From Candidatus Omnitrophota bacterium (GTDB taxonomy: Bacteria > Ratteibacteria > UBA8468 > MWAK01), in assembly GCA_043826355.1 (NCBI GenBank), contig JBDRQI010000005.1:84879-148878 (forward strand): 64,000 nt of DNA, read 5' to 3'. Every line of letters begins with the position of its first letter. Within the stretch, counting starts at the first letter, position 1. Below, one piece after another: positions 38,645-49,462 of the stretch. The translations under genes were made by a program, and so were the position numbers. Under the pieces are notes generated by a model, which worked only from the letters and a program-made list of their open reading frames with translations, was not told where the DNA came from and did not search any database.

Positions 38645-40438
38645 TCAGTTTGATTTTTCTTCCCGGATAATCGGTCTTTGCCTGACCGGCCGCGAGGCGC
38701 CGCCGGCGTTTTCACCACCCGGATTTCCCGGATTTCCGGCCGCCGGTTCCGCCGTTTTTGCTGGGGCAGACGGTTGCGGCTGACCGGCGTCGGTTCCGGC
38801 ATCTTCCGGTCCCACCTTTTCCATTTTCGGCGTTTCCGATACCAGCGTAGGCAGGGTAGCGGCTCCGGATATAAGCACTACGTCTCCGCTCTTCAAGCCG
38901 TTTTGCACTTCAACAAAACTGTCGTTGCTCAACCCGATTACCACCGGCGCCTCAATTGGCCGGCGCCGGACCAGTTTGACACAATAATAATTTCCGGCCG
39001 AACCACGAAGGGCCGAAAGCGGAATTGAGAGCACGTTTTTACGTTCAGCCACCAGTATCTCCACCTGGGTTGACATTCCCGGACGCAAATCCGGCATTCC
39101 CTTGTCCAGCACCACATCCACCGCGTACACATTAATATCAGGGTTCATCCAGCGCATGGTGGCGTCCGGCAAAAGCGCCATCTTGCTTACCTTGCCGGTA
39201 ACGGACATCCCCGGAAAAGCATCCACCGTAACCCGGGCCGTCTGACCTTCCCGAATCTTATCAATGGAGGACTCCGGCACCTTCAGTTCCACCGACATCT
39301 GGGAAATATCCGGCAGGGTGATAATAACCTGACGCTGATTGACGGAGGCGCCGGCCTGAATAGGACCCTGTCGTGATTGAAAAGGATTGGCGCTGCTGGC
39401 GTAAACCACGATACCCGGCTGGGTGGCAACGATAACGCTTTGTTCCACCTGGGTCTGGTAGCGCTTGACCCGGTTCTGAATAAGCTGGTAAGAAGCCTGC
39501 CGGGTTGCCAGGCGATTCTGGGCCTGGGCTGATTGAGCCCGGGCGTTGGCCTTAACGCGGGTCAATTCTTCTCCGGCTTCCCGGAAATCGGAAAGACGCT
39601 TGGTCAACTCTTTGGGAAAATCGTAATTTTGAAAAAGGAGATAAGCGATCTGGGCCTGCTCGGTCTCCACCTGCCGCTGCTGGACCGCCAGGTTATCCGC
39701 CTCCTGTTCTCCCCGGGTTGCGTAGCCCTTTTCCACTAATTTTTGGGTCCAGTCCAGCCGGTCCTGGGCGCGGGAAAGTTGTTCTCTGGAAAGGTCAATC
39801 GCATTCTTAAACTGTTTCAGCTGGCGCTGGGCTTCGCCTTCCAGGTCCGGGCTGGCAAAAAGTTCCCCGGGCTTGATTCCGTCCTTCTGCTTCAACACCG
39901 CTTCAGTCAAACGGCTGCCCAGGTACTTTTCCAGTTCCATGCGGGTAAAAGTCAGGCTCAATTCACTTTTTCGGATGTTGGTGTCATTCTGGTTAATCTG
40001 AATCTGATAACCTTCCCGGGCGTCGGTCAGCGCCGTCTCCGCGTTCTGCAGGTTAATCTCTTCCTGGGCCAACTGCTCTCCCACCCGGTCCGAATCCAAA
40101 CGCACCAGTACCTTACGGTTCGCAACATCCTCTTCAGTCACCACGGTCCCTTCCGGCACTATAGCCAGAATCGTATTCTGCCCTGCAATCTCGGAAATAA
40201 TATCCTGACTCCTCATCGCTTTCAGGGTCCCGCCTGTCAGTACCGTCACCCTGAAATCTCCTGGTTTCACCTGCCAGGTCAACCCGGTGGTCTTTTCTTT
40301 CCGGCTGCCCGACATCAGGATAAGCAAAAAAATAAGCGCTAAGAGAAGAAACCCTAAGAATAGGCGTTTTCTCTTTTTGGGGGGTATTTTAGCCCAAAAA
40401 ACCGGTTTAGTTGTTAACCGCTGCATTAATTTGCGCAT
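38645..40438 (-). CDS. MacA/HlyD-family periplasmic adaptor
   Basis: N-terminal TM, long coiled coil, VDAFP...GKV, LRPGMS; start inferred. Confidence 0.85.
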   Translation of the reverse strand: MRKLMQRLTTKPVFWAKIPPKKRKRLFLGFLLLALIFLLILMSGSRKEKTTGLTWQVKPGDFRVTVLTGGTLKAMRSQDIISEIAGQNTILAIVPEGTVVTEEDVANRKVLVRLDSDRVGEQLAQEEINLQNAETALTDAREGYQIQINQNDTNIRKSELSLTFTRMELEKYLGSRLTEAVLKQKDGIKPGELFASPDLEGEAQRQLKQFKNAIDLSREQLSRAQDRLDWTQKLVEKGYATRGEQEADNLAVQQRQVETEQAQIAYLLFQNYDFPKELTKRLSDFREAGEELTRVKANARAQSAQAQNRLATRQASYQLIQNRVKRYQTQVEQSVIVATQPGIVVYASSANPFQSRQGPIQAGASVNQRQVIITLPDISQMSVELKVPESSIDKIREGQTARVTVDAFPGMSVTGKVSKMALLPDATMRWMNPDINVYAVDVVLDKGMPDLRPGMSTQVEILVAERKNVLSIPLSALRGSAGNYYCVKLVRRRPIEAPVVIGLSNDSFVEVQNGLKSGDVVLISGAATLPTLVSETPKMEKVGPEDAGTDAGQPQPSAPAKTAEPAAGNPGNPGGENAGGASRPVRQRPIIREEKSN

Positions 40439-42011
40439 CCCAATCTCCCGTCCAAACACCGTTGCTGCCAATCTCCAGCATCTCTGCGTCCCGCAGAAAA
40501 GACAGATTGGCGGAAAGATAATCTACCGTTGCCGCCAACAGGCTGTTGCGTGCCTGCAGACTGGCGCTCTGCGCTTCCAGAAGGTCCCGCTGGGATGCCC
40601 GGCCCGCATCTAACAGCATGTTGATACTCTCCACCCGCCTCCGGGCTAATTCCAGGCTCACCTTTTGATTTTCGTAACTCTGTCGGGCCTGCTCCAAATT
40701 ACGCCAGGCGGTGCGTATCCCCAGCGAAACGCTGTCCTGCACAAAAGAGAGGTTGCGCCGGCTGCGTTCCAGATAGATTAAACTCTGGCGATAGCTGTTC
40801 CTTTCCGTCAGCCGGTCAACCGGCAAATCCAGCTGCAGGCCGGCGCTGTAATCTGTTTTATCCGAGTCAAAGTTCAGAGCCGTATTTTCATCTTCCGGTG
40901 TTGCCATACCGACAGAACCGGCAAACAAAAGGCCGGCCCGGAGGTTGTCCCGGGAAACCGCTACTTTACGGCTCGCATCCTCAACCGCATCCAGGGCGCT
41001 CATCAGGTCCAGCCGGTTTTGCAGGGATATCTCCAGCGCCTGCGCCAGACTCAATTGAAGAACCGGCAGGGTCCGGATGGTCAATTCCTCGGCCTCTTTG
41101 TCGCTGAAACGGATGGCGGCGTCAGCCGGCAGGCCCAGCAGAACCTTAAACTGGTCAATCTCCTCCTGGTAGATTGTGCGAGCCGTAATCATCCGCTCGT
41201 AAGCCCGCAGTTCATCCTGACGGGCCTGGTCCACCTGAAAAAGGGGCAAACGTCCGGCTTCACCCAGCATTTCGCTGCGCTGGCGGTTTGTAACCAACTG
41301 CTGATAGTTATTCTCTTCGTTGGACAACACCATCTTCCGTTCCAGGAGCTGATAGTAGTTGGTGGTGATTTGAACCGAAAAGGTGCGCTGATAGTGTAAA
41401 AAAGAGCGAATGGCGTAAACGACGTCACGTTCGGACTGGGTAAGGTTTTCCCGGGCAACCCGGCGTCCGGCTCCCCGGAAAAGAGGCTGCAGGAGATTAA
41501 GGCGAAGCAGCGAACCGAGCGACTCCTGCGGGTCGCCGGTCAGGTACCGCAAAAAATCCGTCCTCAGGTTCAAGGTAGCCTGGGCGCCGTCGGCCAGCCA
41601 CTGAATAAGCGAAAAATCTCCGGAGAGGTTTACCCGTTCCGTGCCGTCGGTAGAGGTCCAGCCGGCGCTGAGGCCGGCGCCGAACCTGGGACGGTAGAGG
41701 TGGCGCTGGGCCGTAAGACTTAGCGCCTGGAGGTAAAGATTTTCCTTACGGGTCTGGTAATCCCGGCTGTGCAGAGCCGCCAACTGCAGCACTTCCTGAA
41801 GGCCGACTTCTGTTATCTCGTCCGGCGGAAATGCCGGAGGGCTCTTCGGTTCAATATCAAAAGAGCCCGCCGAACTCGGCCCCTTCTCCGCCAGGATGCG
41901 GTAAACTTCACGGTCCGCGCTCTCCCGGTAATGCTGAGTCGAACACCCGGCCAGGCAGGATAAAAATCCAACTATTAAACAGTATCGCCACCAATGACTT
42001 ATTTTCATCAC
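40407..42011 (-). CDS. TolC-family outer membrane lipoprotein
   Basis: Lipobox LAGC; QPLFRGAG; OEP helical repeats; first gene of the efflux operon. Confidence 0.85.
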   Translation of the reverse strand: MMKISHWWRYCLIVGFLSCLAGCSTQHYRESADREVYRILAEKGPSSAGSFDIEPKSPPAFPPDEITEVGLQEVLQLAALHSRDYQTRKENLYLQALSLTAQRHLYRPRFGAGLSAGWTSTDGTERVNLSGDFSLIQWLADGAQATLNLRTDFLRYLTGDPQESLGSLLRLNLLQPLFRGAGRRVARENLTQSERDVVYAIRSFLHYQRTFSVQITTNYYQLLERKMVLSNEENNYQQLVTNRQRSEMLGEAGRLPLFQVDQARQDELRAYERMITARTIYQEEIDQFKVLLGLPADAAIRFSDKEAEELTIRTLPVLQLSLAQALEISLQNRLDLMSALDAVEDASRKVAVSRDNLRAGLLFAGSVGMATPEDENTALNFDSDKTDYSAGLQLDLPVDRLTERNSYRQSLIYLERSRRNLSFVQDSVSLGIRTAWRNLEQARQSYENQKVSLELARRRVESINMLLDAGRASQRDLLEAQSASLQARNSLLAATVDYLSANLSFLRDAEMLEIGSNGVWTGDWDAQINAAVNN

Positions 42012-42057
42012 GATATTTTATTAGATAAGATTCTCCCGCATTTTGTTTAATTGATTT

Positions 42058-43893
42058 TTACGCTGATTCGCAAAAAAAGTCTGGCTTCTGTTTTGCATAA
42101 CGCCACTGAATTTGGTACAGATTGTGATAAACTCCGCCGCGTGACAGAAGTTCCGCATGGTTGCCGGACTCCACTACTTTTCCGTCCTGAATAACCAGAA
42201 TTTTGTTGGCATGCATCACGGTGGAGAGCCGATGGGCAATAACAAATGAGGTCCGGTTGCGCAGCAGGTGTTCGATTGCTTCCTGAATCAGAACTTCGGT
42301 CTTGTTGTCCACGGAAGAAGTGGCCTCATCAAGAATCAGGATGGGCGGGTTTTTCAAAAGGGCCCGGGCGATAGCAATGCGTTGTTTCTCGCCTACCGAA
42401 AGTCTGACACCGCGCTCGCCAATCTGATGTTCATACCCATCCGGCAGCTTAATGATGAAATCATGAGCGTTGGCCAGTTTGGAAATAGCCACTATTTCAT
42501 CCACTGTCGCATCCAGTCGTCCGTAAGCAATGTTTTCGATAATGGAGCCATCAAAAAGAAAGGGCTCCTGCATCACAATCCCGATATTTTCACGCAGATT
42601 TTTCAATTTTAATTTGCGCACATCGACACCGTCAATAAAAATTGCGCCGTTTTCGGTCTCGTAAAACCGGGGTATCAGATTGACGATGGAGGTTTTGCCG
42701 GCGCCGGTGGGTCCCACCAGCGCGATAATCTCCCCGGGCCGGGCCTCAAAACTGACCCCGCGCAAAATTTCCTTGCCCGGCCTATAGGAAAAATGAACAT
42801 CGTGAAAGACGACTTCACCTTTTACGGGATGAGACAAACTGATGGCGTTCCGCACTTCCCGAATCTGGGGTACCGTATCAATCACTTCAAAGATGCGTTC
42901 GCTCGCGGCCCGTCCGTGCTGAAGCATATGGTTCACCATATTCAACTGATGGATTGGCTGGTAGAAAAGCCCGATGTAAAAGAGGAATGAAACGATGTCG
43001 CCGGCCGTCAGTTTACCGGTTAAAATTGCCAGCTTGCCGCCGAACAAAAGCACGAGAAAGGTACCGACGGAGGTGGTAACAAAAATCGCCGGGGAGAAAA
43101 TTGACCAGAGCTTTATCGCCTGGAGGTTGGTGCCCATATAGTCGGTGCTTTTTTCTGAAAACCGGTCCACTTCATAATCTTCGCGGCTGAAACTCTTTAT
43201 TTCCCGTATACCGGAGATACTGTCTTGAAGCAGCGCACTGATTTCACCCATTTTTCGGCGCACCTGCCGGTAAATCCGGTGCGCGCGCCGGGTAAAAAAC
43301 CAGGTCAGAATTAAGAGAATCGGGATGGGAATCATGGTTACCAGGGCAAGTTTCCAGTTCATCCGGAAAAGGACAAAGGCAACGCCTATCAAGGTAAGTG
43401 AAGCAACGATTACCGCATCAACCCCATCCACGACTACCCGTTCTACCGCGTTAACATCGTTGGTAATGCGGGACATGATGTTTCCGGTCTGGTTGTCGTC
43501 ATAAAAATTAAAGGAGAGCCGCTGGAGGTTCTGGTATACTTCCTGCCACATATCATAGATAACCTTCAGACCAAGCCTTCCCAGTAAAAAACCTTTCAAA
43601 CCGCCCAGCGCATGGGAGGCAAGATACGTTAGCAGCAAAAAGAACGAAATGATATAGAGTTGGTGAAGTTCTCTTTTACCTACGGCCTGGTCTATAATCT
43701 TCCCGATAAGGCGGGGTGGAATTAAACTGAGCAGAATCCCGGACACTGAAATAAGCAGAGCAAGCGCTACCTGCCAGCGATAAGGTTTCAGGTAACCGAA
43801 TAATCTGATAAGATTAAGTTTCGCGCCGGGTTTATCATCTTCCGGCACTATCCGCTTGTCAAACCCGGGAAAATGTCTGCCCATTCCTCTCAA
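42058..43893 (-). CDS. ABC exporter (TMD-NBD fusion)
   Basis: GPTGAGKT, LSVGEKQRIAIAR, LDEATSSVD, IAHRLST. Confidence 0.93.
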   Translation of the reverse strand: MRGMGRHFPGFDKRIVPEDDKPGAKLNLIRLFGYLKPYRWQVALALLISVSGILLSLIPPRLIGKIIDQAVGKRELHQLYIISFFLLLTYLASHALGGLKGFLLGRLGLKVIYDMWQEVYQNLQRLSFNFYDDNQTGNIMSRITNDVNAVERVVVDGVDAVIVASLTLIGVAFVLFRMNWKLALVTMIPIPILLILTWFFTRRAHRIYRQVRRKMGEISALLQDSISGIREIKSFSREDYEVDRFSEKSTDYMGTNLQAIKLWSIFSPAIFVTTSVGTFLVLLFGGKLAILTGKLTAGDIVSFLFYIGLFYQPIHQLNMVNHMLQHGRAASERIFEVIDTVPQIREVRNAISLSHPVKGEVVFHDVHFSYRPGKEILRGVSFEARPGEIIALVGPTGAGKTSIVNLIPRFYETENGAIFIDGVDVRKLKLKNLRENIGIVMQEPFLFDGSIIENIAYGRLDATVDEIVAISKLANAHDFIIKLPDGYEHQIGERGVRLSVGEKQRIAIARALLKNPPILILDEATSSVDNKTEVLIQEAIEHLLRNRTSFVIAHRLSTVMHANKILVIQDGKVVESGNHAELLSRGGVYHNLYQIQWRYAKQKPDFFCESA

Positions 43894-44150
43894 TTAGTAC
43901 CTCCGGATAAAATCAATTGCTTGATGCAAATTTATTTGATGCCCCGGGTAATCAACCGCTCAACTTTACCATCTTATTAAGCCCTGGTCAAGGTTTTGGA
44001 GTTAAAACTGATTGCGGCGGAAGGAGCAAAACAATGCCCGGTTACCGGAAATTAAAGCTCAAAATCCAATTCCGGCGGCTCTTGCAGGTCAATAGATAAA
44101 ACTTGATTTTTTGCAAACCTAAAATTTCAACCTTCTTGTGATCTCTTTAA

Positions 44151-44501
44151 TTATTTCCTTTGCAAGCGCGCGGCTGCCCGCCTTGCATTTTCTTTCTTAA
44201 TTCCAAGGTGCTCTCCGGTAAGACGAACTCCTTCCACGGTAACCTCGTGAAAATAGTATCCGATTATCGTCCCCTCTGTGCTTGATTCCTCCAATTCAAG
44301 TATATCCGGAACATATTCCCAGGTCCGGCCGGTTTTCGTATCAATCAGGAGCGTGTTCTCGTTTGGATACTGCACTTCAAAAATCTGATACTGCCCAACC
44401 TCTTTTTTCCTGCATTGGTGCGGCAGTAAAATAAAACAGACACTCAATAAAAAACCTGATGCCACCAGAACAACTTTTTTAAACCACTCCTTCTTAAACA
44501 T
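44151..44501 (-). CDS. Hypothetical membrane-anchored protein
   Basis: N-terminal TM; GQYQI...LLIDTKTGRTW. Confidence 0.6.
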   Translation of the reverse strand: MFKKEWFKKVVLVASGFLLSVCFILLPHQCRKKEVGQYQIFEVQYPNENTLLIDTKTGRTWEYVPDILELEESSTEGTIIGYYFHEVTVEGVRLTGEHLGIKKENARRAAARLQRK

Positions 44502-44519
44502 CCGCACTCCCTTATTCAA

Positions 44520-44576
44520 TAGGGGCTGCGAAAGGATAAAACCGCATAAATCAGCTCTATCCTTTCGCAGCCCCTA
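44520..44576. terminator. 19-bp perfect inverted repeat (terminator or processing stem)
   Basis: TAGGGGCTGCGAAAGGATA...TATCCTTTCGCAGCCCCTA just downstream of the small basic protein gene. Confidence 0.65.
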
Positions 44577-44596
44577 AACTTGTCCGGCTGTCTTCT

Positions 44597-44737
44597 TTAT
44601 CTTTTAGCCTTTTTCTTCGCTTTCTTCTTCGTTCCACCGCGAGCCATCTGTGCTTCGCAGACGTTACCCTTGCCGTCGATATAATAAAGAAAACCCTTCT
44701 TTCTGTCAACCGCGTCCTTGATCAGGATTCTTCCCAT
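44597..44737 (-). CDS. 46-aa basic protein, Cc1-like DNA-binding candidate
   Basis: MGRILIKDAVDRKKGFLYYIDGKGNVCEAQMARGGTKKKAKKKAKR; GGAGGTG RBS. Confidence 0.7.
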   Translation of the reverse strand: MGRILIKDAVDRKKGFLYYIDGKGNVCEAQMARGGTKKKAKKKAKR

Positions 44738-45031
44738 TTTTCCCACCTCCTTCTTAAGTGCTCTGGTGAAATTGTACCATGAATATAAAACAAAAGCAAC
44801 TCCAAGGCGTCGCCAGTTACCGCGGAAACCGGATGAAGAATACACTCAACCTGAAAAATTAAAAAGAAACATTTGCGCTAAACCTGTTTTTTTGCTAAAA
44901 TTATATAATATTGCAAGCGTAATCTGCGCAACAATCCCCGCATACTGCCTGCGGGAATGACATCTTTTTCCCGGGATTGCCGCACCCGCCTCTGGCGGAA
45001 TCGCAATAACCGCTTTTTATGAAGGGGGACA

Positions 45032-46252
45032 TTGAAAATTAAAACAATCGCGGGGCTCGCCCTGGAGCAAGGCAAGGGCATTCTCCGGCTGGCACCCAAC
45101 TGGGTACCAAGGGTTTTCTGCATACCCGGTCGGAGAATAAAACTGCACCCGAACGATTATTACGCCTTAGGCGGGAACCGGGGCGGTATTGACGAACGCT
45201 GGCTTGCGTCCACCACGCCGGCGGATAACGGTCCGAAGACCGCACCGAACGAAGGCCTGAGTTTTATCGTCTTCCAGGATAGCGCGAAAGCAGAACAAAT
45301 CCTCCTGCGGAATGCGATCAACGAATTGAAAGGAATGCTCCTGGGCGAACAGCTCTGGAAGAGTTATGGCCGATGGCCGATGTATTCCAAATTTTTCGAC
45401 AATAAAAGCGCCCTGCCCCACCACGTGCACCACCGGGCAGAACATGCCAGATTGGTGGATCAAAAACCGAAACACGAGGCCTATTACTTCCCGACCCAGT
45501 TAAACAACCACGGCGGGGATTTTCCCTATACCTTTTTCGGCGTAGAACCGGGCACAACCAAAGACCAAATCCGAAAATGCCTGATGGACTTTACCAAAGG
45601 GGATAATAAAATAACCAACTTTTCCCGCGCCTACCGTCTGGAGCCGGGTACCGGCTGGGACGTCCCGCCTGGAGTGCTCCACGCGCCCGGCAGTCTCTGC
45701 ACCTACGAGCCGCAGGAGGCCTCGGACGTCTTTGCCATGTACCAATCTCTGGTTGGCGACCAGATTATGTCGGAGGAGATGTTGTGGAAGAACTCACCGC
45801 CGGACAAAGCAGGTAATTATGACTATCTGGTTGAGGTCTTGGACTGGGAAAAGAACGCAGACCCTGATTTCGCCGCCAACCGTTTTATGCGGCCGAAACC
45901 GGTCAGACCGGAGAAGGAGATGGAGGCTGAAGGTTATAATGAAAGATGGATTACCTACCGTTGCGATAATTTCAGCGCCAAGGAGCTTGCGGTCCTGCCG
46001 GGGCGAACCGTTACCGTCCGCGATAACGCCTGTTACGGCCTGATCCTCCTGCAGGGACACGGCAGAATGGGCATCTGGGACATTGAAGCGCCGGTCCTCA
46101 TCCGATACGGACAATTAACTAGCGATGAGTTCTTTGTCAGCGAAGAGGCGGCCCGGCAGGGAGTTACCATCACCAACCCTTCGCAAAACGACCCGATAGT
46201 AATGCTTAAGCATTTCGGCCCCGGAAACCCGGACCTTATAACCGGTGAATAA
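45032..46252 (+). CDS. Cupin protein, class I mannose-6-phosphate isomerase-like
   Basis: IDERW, KFFD...LPHHVH, K.EAYYF, VPPGVLHAPG...EPQ..SD. Confidence 0.7.
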   Translation: MKIKTIAGLALEQGKGILRLAPNWVPRVFCIPGRRIKLHPNDYYALGGNRGGIDERWLASTTPADNGPKTAPNEGLSFIVFQDSAKAEQILLRNAINELKGMLLGEQLWKSYGRWPMYSKFFDNKSALPHHVHHRAEHARLVDQKPKHEAYYFPTQLNNHGGDFPYTFFGVEPGTTKDQIRKCLMDFTKGDNKITNFSRAYRLEPGTGWDVPPGVLHAPGSLCTYEPQEASDVFAMYQSLVGDQIMSEEMLWKNSPPDKAGNYDYLVEVLDWEKNADPDFAANRFMRPKPVRPEKEMEAEGYNERWITYRCDNFSAKELAVLPGRTVTVRDNACYGLILLQGHGRMGIWDIEAPVLIRYGQLTSDEFFVSEEAARQGVTITNPSQNDPIVMLKHFGPGNPDLITGE

Positions 46253-46357
46253 TGAAGAATCCCGCCCACAGGGCGGGGCTTCTGGCGTTTTTCGCAAACG
46301 GCAAACAGTTAATGGTAAAAAAAACGAAATGCCTGTAAAATCAAGGAGCTAAACCAA

Positions 46358-49300
46358 ATGGAAAAAATTACAACCTGGGAAAGTGAGATTAAAAAACTGG
46401 AAAACAGCCTGAAGAATTTCTGTGGGTTGGGTGATTTCAAGTTTAAACAGAACGTAACCGGCGCCGAAGACCCGGCCTTTGACGACCGGGACTGGGAAAT
46501 AAAAAAAGAGCCGAGATGGTCGTTGAAAAACGGTCCGGCTTATTTCCGAAAAGTATTGAGGTTTCCCAAAACCGTGGAGGGTATTCCGCTTTCCGGAAGT
46601 ATGGCAGAATTAAGTTTTGTCTTTCCCTCCGGCGTGGAAATTTTCTGGGACGGAAAATCATTATACCAGAATAAATTCTGGGCTGATATGATTGCCGCGG
46701 AACTGCCTTTGCCGGATAAGATAACGCCCGGAAAAACACACGTGTTGGTATTTAAAACGCCGGGCGGTGACGGCTTAGGAGTATTCGGGGGCTATTTTTC
46801 CCTGCCTTCAGTAGAAAAAGCCTTGTTCGAACTCACCACGGCCCTCTATCAGATAAGGTTTGCCGAAAAACTCCTGAAAAAGAGCCCGGGGCTTTCCCTG
46901 GAGAAAAGTTTTCAAAGAGCGGTTTCTCTGATAGCTTTGGATGTAATTCAGAAACGCAGATGGCCTGAAATATTCGCCAATCTCAAAGAAATTGAAAATG
47001 TCCTGGAGCCGTTTCGTTCCCTGGCCCGAAAATACCGGGTCCACCTAATCGGCCACAGCCACATCGACATGAATTGGCTGTGGAACTACCCGGACACCAT
47101 CAACACCTGCCTGCGCGACTTTGATACCGTCACCAAATTGATGGATGAATACCCGGATTTGACCTTTTCCCAGGACCAAACGCATATCTACCGGATTGTG
47201 GAGGAGCACAACCCAAAACTTTTTGCCCGAGTTAAAGAAAAGATTAAGGAGGGCCGCTGGGAGGTTACCGCCAACGCCTGGACGGAAGGGGACCTCAATA
47301 TGGCTGACGGCGAAGCGCTCTGCCGCCACATCACTTACTCCCGAAAATACGTCGGCGAACATTTCGGGGTAAAACCGGAAATAATGTGGTGTCCGGACAC
47401 GTTCGGACATCCGGTTACCATCCCGGCAATTCTTTCACACGCCGGGATTACGAATTATTTTTTCACAAGGGCAGGAGGCGGTTACCCCAGCGGTGAGTTT
47501 GCTTTCCCGCTTTTTACCTGGCAAAGCCCAAATGGCAACAAGGTATTGGCTTTTAACAGCGCTTACAGTAATTGCATCAACCCGGAAAACGCCATTTCCT
47601 GCGCGCTCAAATTCCAAAAAAAATACAACCTTTTTGAGAGCATGTTTGTTTACGGCGTGGGCGACCACGGCGGCGGACCGACCCGGAAAGACATTGAACG
47701 AAAAAAACGGATGGACCGAAAACCGGTAATGCCGAACCTGGTCTTTTCCACCACGCACCGGTTCTTTGATTTAGTGAGAAACAAAAAGAACTACCCAGTG
47801 GTTAAGAAAGAACTCAATTCCATCTTTGAGGGATGCTACACCACCCACTCCGATATCAAACAGGAAAACCGGGAATGCGAAAACAGCCTCCTGACCCTGG
47901 AGACAATTGTAGCTCTCGCCGGCCTCCTGGGCAAAGAATACCCGGCCAAAAAATTGGAAAGTTGGTGGCAAGACACTCTTTTCAACCAGTTCCACGATAT
48001 CTTTGACGGTTCGGCCATATCGGAATCGTACCAATATTCCAAAGGACTGGCGGATAAGGTTATCGCCGGCAATAAAGCATTGCTTGCAGAAAACCTTACC
48101 TTCATTTCCAAACAGGTGAATACTACCAAAGAAGGCATTCCTTTGGTAGTATTTAATTCTCTGGGCTGGAAAAGAAGCGGGGTGGTTGAGTTTGAATTAC
48201 CGGAGGGAACGGCCGGAAAAGAACTGCACGTCATTGACGGAAAAGGCAAACAAATGCCGGTTCAGGCTGCAGGTAAGAAATCCGCCCTCTTTTTGGCCGA
48301 AAGCATTCCTTCTTTCGGCTATAAAACATACTGGTTAAAAATCGGTTCCTGCAACCCTGCCCCCCCACCTGCACCTCTCCCCACAGGGGAAAGGGAGAAG
48401 GAAGGAATGTTCGAGACTTCACATTACCGGATTGAAATTGCCCCAGACAGCGGCGTCATCAGGCGGCTCTACGACAAAAAGAATGAGAGAGAGGTTTTGA
48501 GCGTCGGGCGTTCCGTCGGTGAAGACCGTTCTTCCTACTGGGCAGAAACCTGCGGCAACCTTCTGCAGGTCCTGCAGGAAAAACCTCACGGCATGTCTGC
48601 CTGGATTATCGGAAATATCGCGAGGATCGAAAACCTCCTTGACTTAGAGGAGTTCAAGGTAGTTGAATCCGGCCCGGTAAGAACTACCCTCTCCATTAAA
48701 AGGCGGTACCGGGAATCAATGATTGAACAAAAAATCACCCTTTATGCCGCACTGCCCTGGATAGATTTCGAAGTCATCGCAGACTGGCAGGAAAAAGGGT
48801 CTGACAAAGACGGCGTACCAATGCTCCGGGTGAATTTCCAGGCGGATTTTGACCGGCCCCTCGCGGAATTTGAAATCCCTTTCGGCTGGCAGGAACGACG
48901 TACCGAAGGAAAAGAGTTGCCGGCCCTTAAAGCCGTCTCTCTGGCCGAAAAAGGCTACCGGCTGGGTCTTTTAAACCGGGAGAAACACGGTTACCTCGTA
49001 AACGGAAAAAACCTCGGCCTGACACTTCTGCGCAACCCCTATGAACCGGATTCCCTGCCGGACAGCGGAACCCATTGCATCGGATACCGGCTCATTTTCG
49101 GCAAAATCAGCAAAGCGGAGATGAGCCGTCAGGCGGCTTCCTATAACCGGCTGTTGTCGGTTTGCCTGACGGACAATCACGGTGGTAAACTACCTCCGGA
49201 ACTCTCCTTACTGGACTTCCGTTCCGGAGACTGCGTACCCAGTTCCCTGCAAAAATCACTGGATGGAAAAAATCTAACGTTAAGATTTTATAACGTTTCG

Positions 49301-49462
49301 GACAAGAAAACCACAACGGAATTAAAATTCGGTTTTTCGCCGAAAGGTCTCTTCCGGACAGGCCTGCCGGAAGAGAAGGGTGACCCGATTTCAATAAGAA
49401 AAAACAAGGCGCTGGTGCCGGCAAAACCGCGCAGTCTCAATACATTAAAAATAAAAATATGA
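46358..49462 (+). CDS. Alpha-mannosidase (GH38)
   Basis: GHSHIDMNWLW, WCPDTFGH, GVGDHGGGP, FNQFHDI, FEIPFG. Confidence 0.92.
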   Translation: MEKITTWESEIKKLENSLKNFCGLGDFKFKQNVTGAEDPAFDDRDWEIKKEPRWSLKNGPAYFRKVLRFPKTVEGIPLSGSMAELSFVFPSGVEIFWDGKSLYQNKFWADMIAAELPLPDKITPGKTHVLVFKTPGGDGLGVFGGYFSLPSVEKALFELTTALYQIRFAEKLLKKSPGLSLEKSFQRAVSLIALDVIQKRRWPEIFANLKEIENVLEPFRSLARKYRVHLIGHSHIDMNWLWNYPDTINTCLRDFDTVTKLMDEYPDLTFSQDQTHIYRIVEEHNPKLFARVKEKIKEGRWEVTANAWTEGDLNMADGEALCRHITYSRKYVGEHFGVKPEIMWCPDTFGHPVTIPAILSHAGITNYFFTRAGGGYPSGEFAFPLFTWQSPNGNKVLAFNSAYSNCINPENAISCALKFQKKYNLFESMFVYGVGDHGGGPTRKDIERKKRMDRKPVMPNLVFSTTHRFFDLVRNKKNYPVVKKELNSIFEGCYTTHSDIKQENRECENSLLTLETIVALAGLLGKEYPAKKLESWWQDTLFNQFHDIFDGSAISESYQYSKGLADKVIAGNKALLAENLTFISKQVNTTKEGIPLVVFNSLGWKRSGVVEFELPEGTAGKELHVIDGKGKQMPVQAAGKKSALFLAESIPSFGYKTYWLKIGSCNPAPPPAPLPTGEREKEGMFETSHYRIEIAPDSGVIRRLYDKKNEREVLSVGRSVGEDRSSYWAETCGNLLQVLQEKPHGMSAWIIGNIARIENLLDLEEFKVVESGPVRTTLSIKRRYRESMIEQKITLYAALPWIDFEVIADWQEKGSDKDGVPMLRVNFQADFDRPLAEFEIPFGWQERRTEGKELPALKAVSLAEKGYRLGLLNREKHGYLVNGKNLGLTLLRNPYEPDSLPDSGTHCIGYRLIFGKISKAEMSRQAASYNRLLSVCLTDNHGGKLPPELSLLDFRSGDCVPSSLQKSLDGKNLTLRFYNVSDKKTTTELKFGFSPKGLFRTGLPEEKGDPISIRKNKALVPAKPRSLNTLKIKI

